Positions 62,926-64,000 of a stretch of DNA of 64,000 nt are shown one piece after another. The notes under the pieces were generated by a model. The model was not told the origin of the DNA and did not search any database. It worked only from the letters and a program-made list of their open reading frames with translations. The number at the start of each line of letters is the position of its first letter. The stretch's first letter is position 1. Where the stretch lies: the IMG/VR virus record IMGVR_UViG_3300032167_007519; one strand, written 5' to 3'. The position numbers and the translations under genes are program-made. This DNA comes from a virus (taxonomy: Duplodnaviria; Heunggongvirae; Uroviricota; Caudoviricetes).

Positions 62926-63253
62926 GACATACTCCTTTCTTTATTCCTTTGTACTCAAAGATAACGCAAAAATATGGATTAAAATCTAATGGCCCTATGG
63001 TAGTACTTGCAGAAATAATGTCTACTAATTCCATTCTGTCGTTATAACAATAGAATTCCATGGTTTTGTCTGGTAATAATGGTACGTCGATTTGTTTGTA
63101 CGTTTGAAGCTCCCATGCGAAATGGTCAGCTTCGTATTCTAATGCATTCTGCATTATAAATTCTGTTCGGCTTTGTTTCATTTGTAATGGAGTAATAATA
63201 CATAATAGTAAAATTACAACAATTAGAAAAAAGGATTCGATTTTGGTCGACAT
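62915..63253 (-). CDS. Membrane-anchored protein (112 aa)
   Basis: N-terminal TM helix. Confidence 0.5.
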   Translation of the reverse strand: MSTKIESFFLIVVILLLCIITPLQMKQSRTEFIMQNALEYEADHFAWELQTYKQIDVPLLPDKTMEFYCYNDRMELVDIISASTTIGPLDFNPYFCVIFEYKGIKKGVCLEQ

Positions 63254-63488
63254 AAATTAGAAACCTCCTGAAGTTAATTGCTGGAAGGTTGCCATCATAA
63301 GATGCATAACACTGATACTTTTTAATAAAAAGATTAGTCCTAGCCCAAATAAAGCAAAGTCAAATAGAAAATGAAATAAATCTTCAATATAATCGACCAT
63401 GTAAATATTCCCTCCTTGTGTAGTTCTTTTCTTTAAGGAGATAGGAGGGGTACCCCCTCCTATACCTTTTTAGAAAAACTTTTCTAAA

Positions 63489-64000
63489 CTACTTTTGTGT
63501 AATAGTTACAAATGCTAATGCATTGTTAGAGGTGTAGTGACACTTAACAGCATATGTAGAAATTGGATTGATATAAGTTTTATCAGTCTTAATTCTGTAG
63601 TTTGCAGAAGTTGGAGTTGCAGATGCCGCAGCGCCTGTAAGCTGATATTCTGTAGCAGCTAAGTCGTATGGGTTTCCAGACAAACTGAACATTTTATCTG
63701 GGTCTGTTTCGTCCTCTTTCCATGTTGTTGGTCCCGTCTGGGTATATTCTGCAACAACACTACCACCATTGGTATATACTAATACATTTACATTGGCAGT
63801 AGAATTAGTTAAACTTTCTACCATGGAAATTACTGCACTACCTTGAATATCTTCTCCATCGTAGGAAGTTAAATCAATAGCGTTGATATTTACACCTTCT
63901 ACTGCGTTTAACACGCCATCAATGTGTTTTACTGTTACATCTTTACCACGATTAAAATAGAAAACCGTTAATGTGATAATTACTGCGAGTAACAGAAAGC
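63489..64000 (-). CDS. Membrane-anchored beta-rich protein. The N-terminus lies beyond the window end.
   Basis: The frame continues past 63914 to 64000 (..LLLAVIITLTVFYFNRGKDVTVKHIDG..). The Ser/Thr-rich sequence is reminiscent of pilin or pseudopilin-like proteins. Confidence 0.45.
   Translation of the reverse strand, partial: FLLLAVIITLTVFYFNRGKDVTVKHIDGVLNAVEGVNINAIDLTSYDGEDIQGSAVISMVESLTNSTANVNVLVYTNGGSVVAEYTQTGPTTWKEDETDPDKMFSLSGNPYDLAATEYQLTGAAASATPTSANYRIKTDKTYINPISTYAVKCHYTSNNALAFVTITQK

Noticed and set aside
1-64000. CRISPR arrays, IS elements or integrase/att sites
   Set aside because: There is no regularly spaced direct-repeat array, no transposase-like ORF and no integrase in the window. 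The only mobile-element signature is the HNH-AP2 homing endonuclease.
1-64000. Alternative genetic code or stop-codon recoding (as in some tRNA-rich megaphages)
   Set aside because: Minus-strand ORFs tile the sequence with standard stops and short gaps. There are no long in-frame TAG/TGA-interrupted genes. The possible TTA-anticodon reading of the insert-bearing tRNA-like gene is therefore not backed by coding evidence.

Overview
This is a 64-kb, AT-rich (roughly one-third GC) segment in which almost all coding runs on the minus strand, i.e. from high to low coordinates. It looks phage- or prophage-like: a YopX-family protein, an HNH-AP2 homing endonuclease, a RuvC-like resolvase, XRE regulators, many tightly packed small acidic ORFs and a tRNA cluster. 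A ~35-nt motif, consensus on the plus strand TTATTAGCTAnnnTTTGGTTTAAGnTnTCGG, occurs 19 times in one orientation, always just upstream of minus-strand genes or tRNAs, and is usually preceded by an intrinsic-terminator hairpin with a U-tract. This defines terminator-promoter modules. One ~23.5-kb block (5305-28793, ~60 genes) has no internal copy.

Proteins I can recognise include:
- nicotinate phosphoribosyltransferase (pncB, truncated at the window start);
- a radical-SAM enzyme and a ClpX/HslU-like AAA+ ATPase;
- a P-loop kinase fused to a CYTH domain;
- a guanylate-kinase-like protein and an NrdR-like zinc ribbon;
- flotillin plus a second SPFH lipoprotein, with a YqeY-like protein and membrane partners;
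- a transglutaminase-like lipoprotein, a BspA-type LRR lipoprotein, a CapA/PGA_cap metallophosphatase and a 968-aa Big_2 secreted protein;
- three paralogous proteins built from ~36-aa tandem repeats;
- a DUF2828 (TROVE/Ro60-like + vWA) protein.

RNA genes are tRNA-Ser(TGA), Gly(TCC), initiator-like Met(CAT), Leu(TAG), Met/Ile(CAT), Gln(TTG) and an unusual class-II-like Lys(TTT). There are also several tRNA-like elements: insert-bearing tRNA-like elements, T-arm minihelices and a 3' tRNA fragment next to the HNH gene. These, and a 4-kb ORF-poor structured region, sit around the TROVE-like gene. The most interesting hypothesis is a Ro60-like protein with Y-RNA-like (tRNA-mimic) ncRNAs, plus a small nucleotidyltransferase, embedded in a phage tRNA island. 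All assignments rest on reading the sequence by eye and remembered family signatures; no searches were run.
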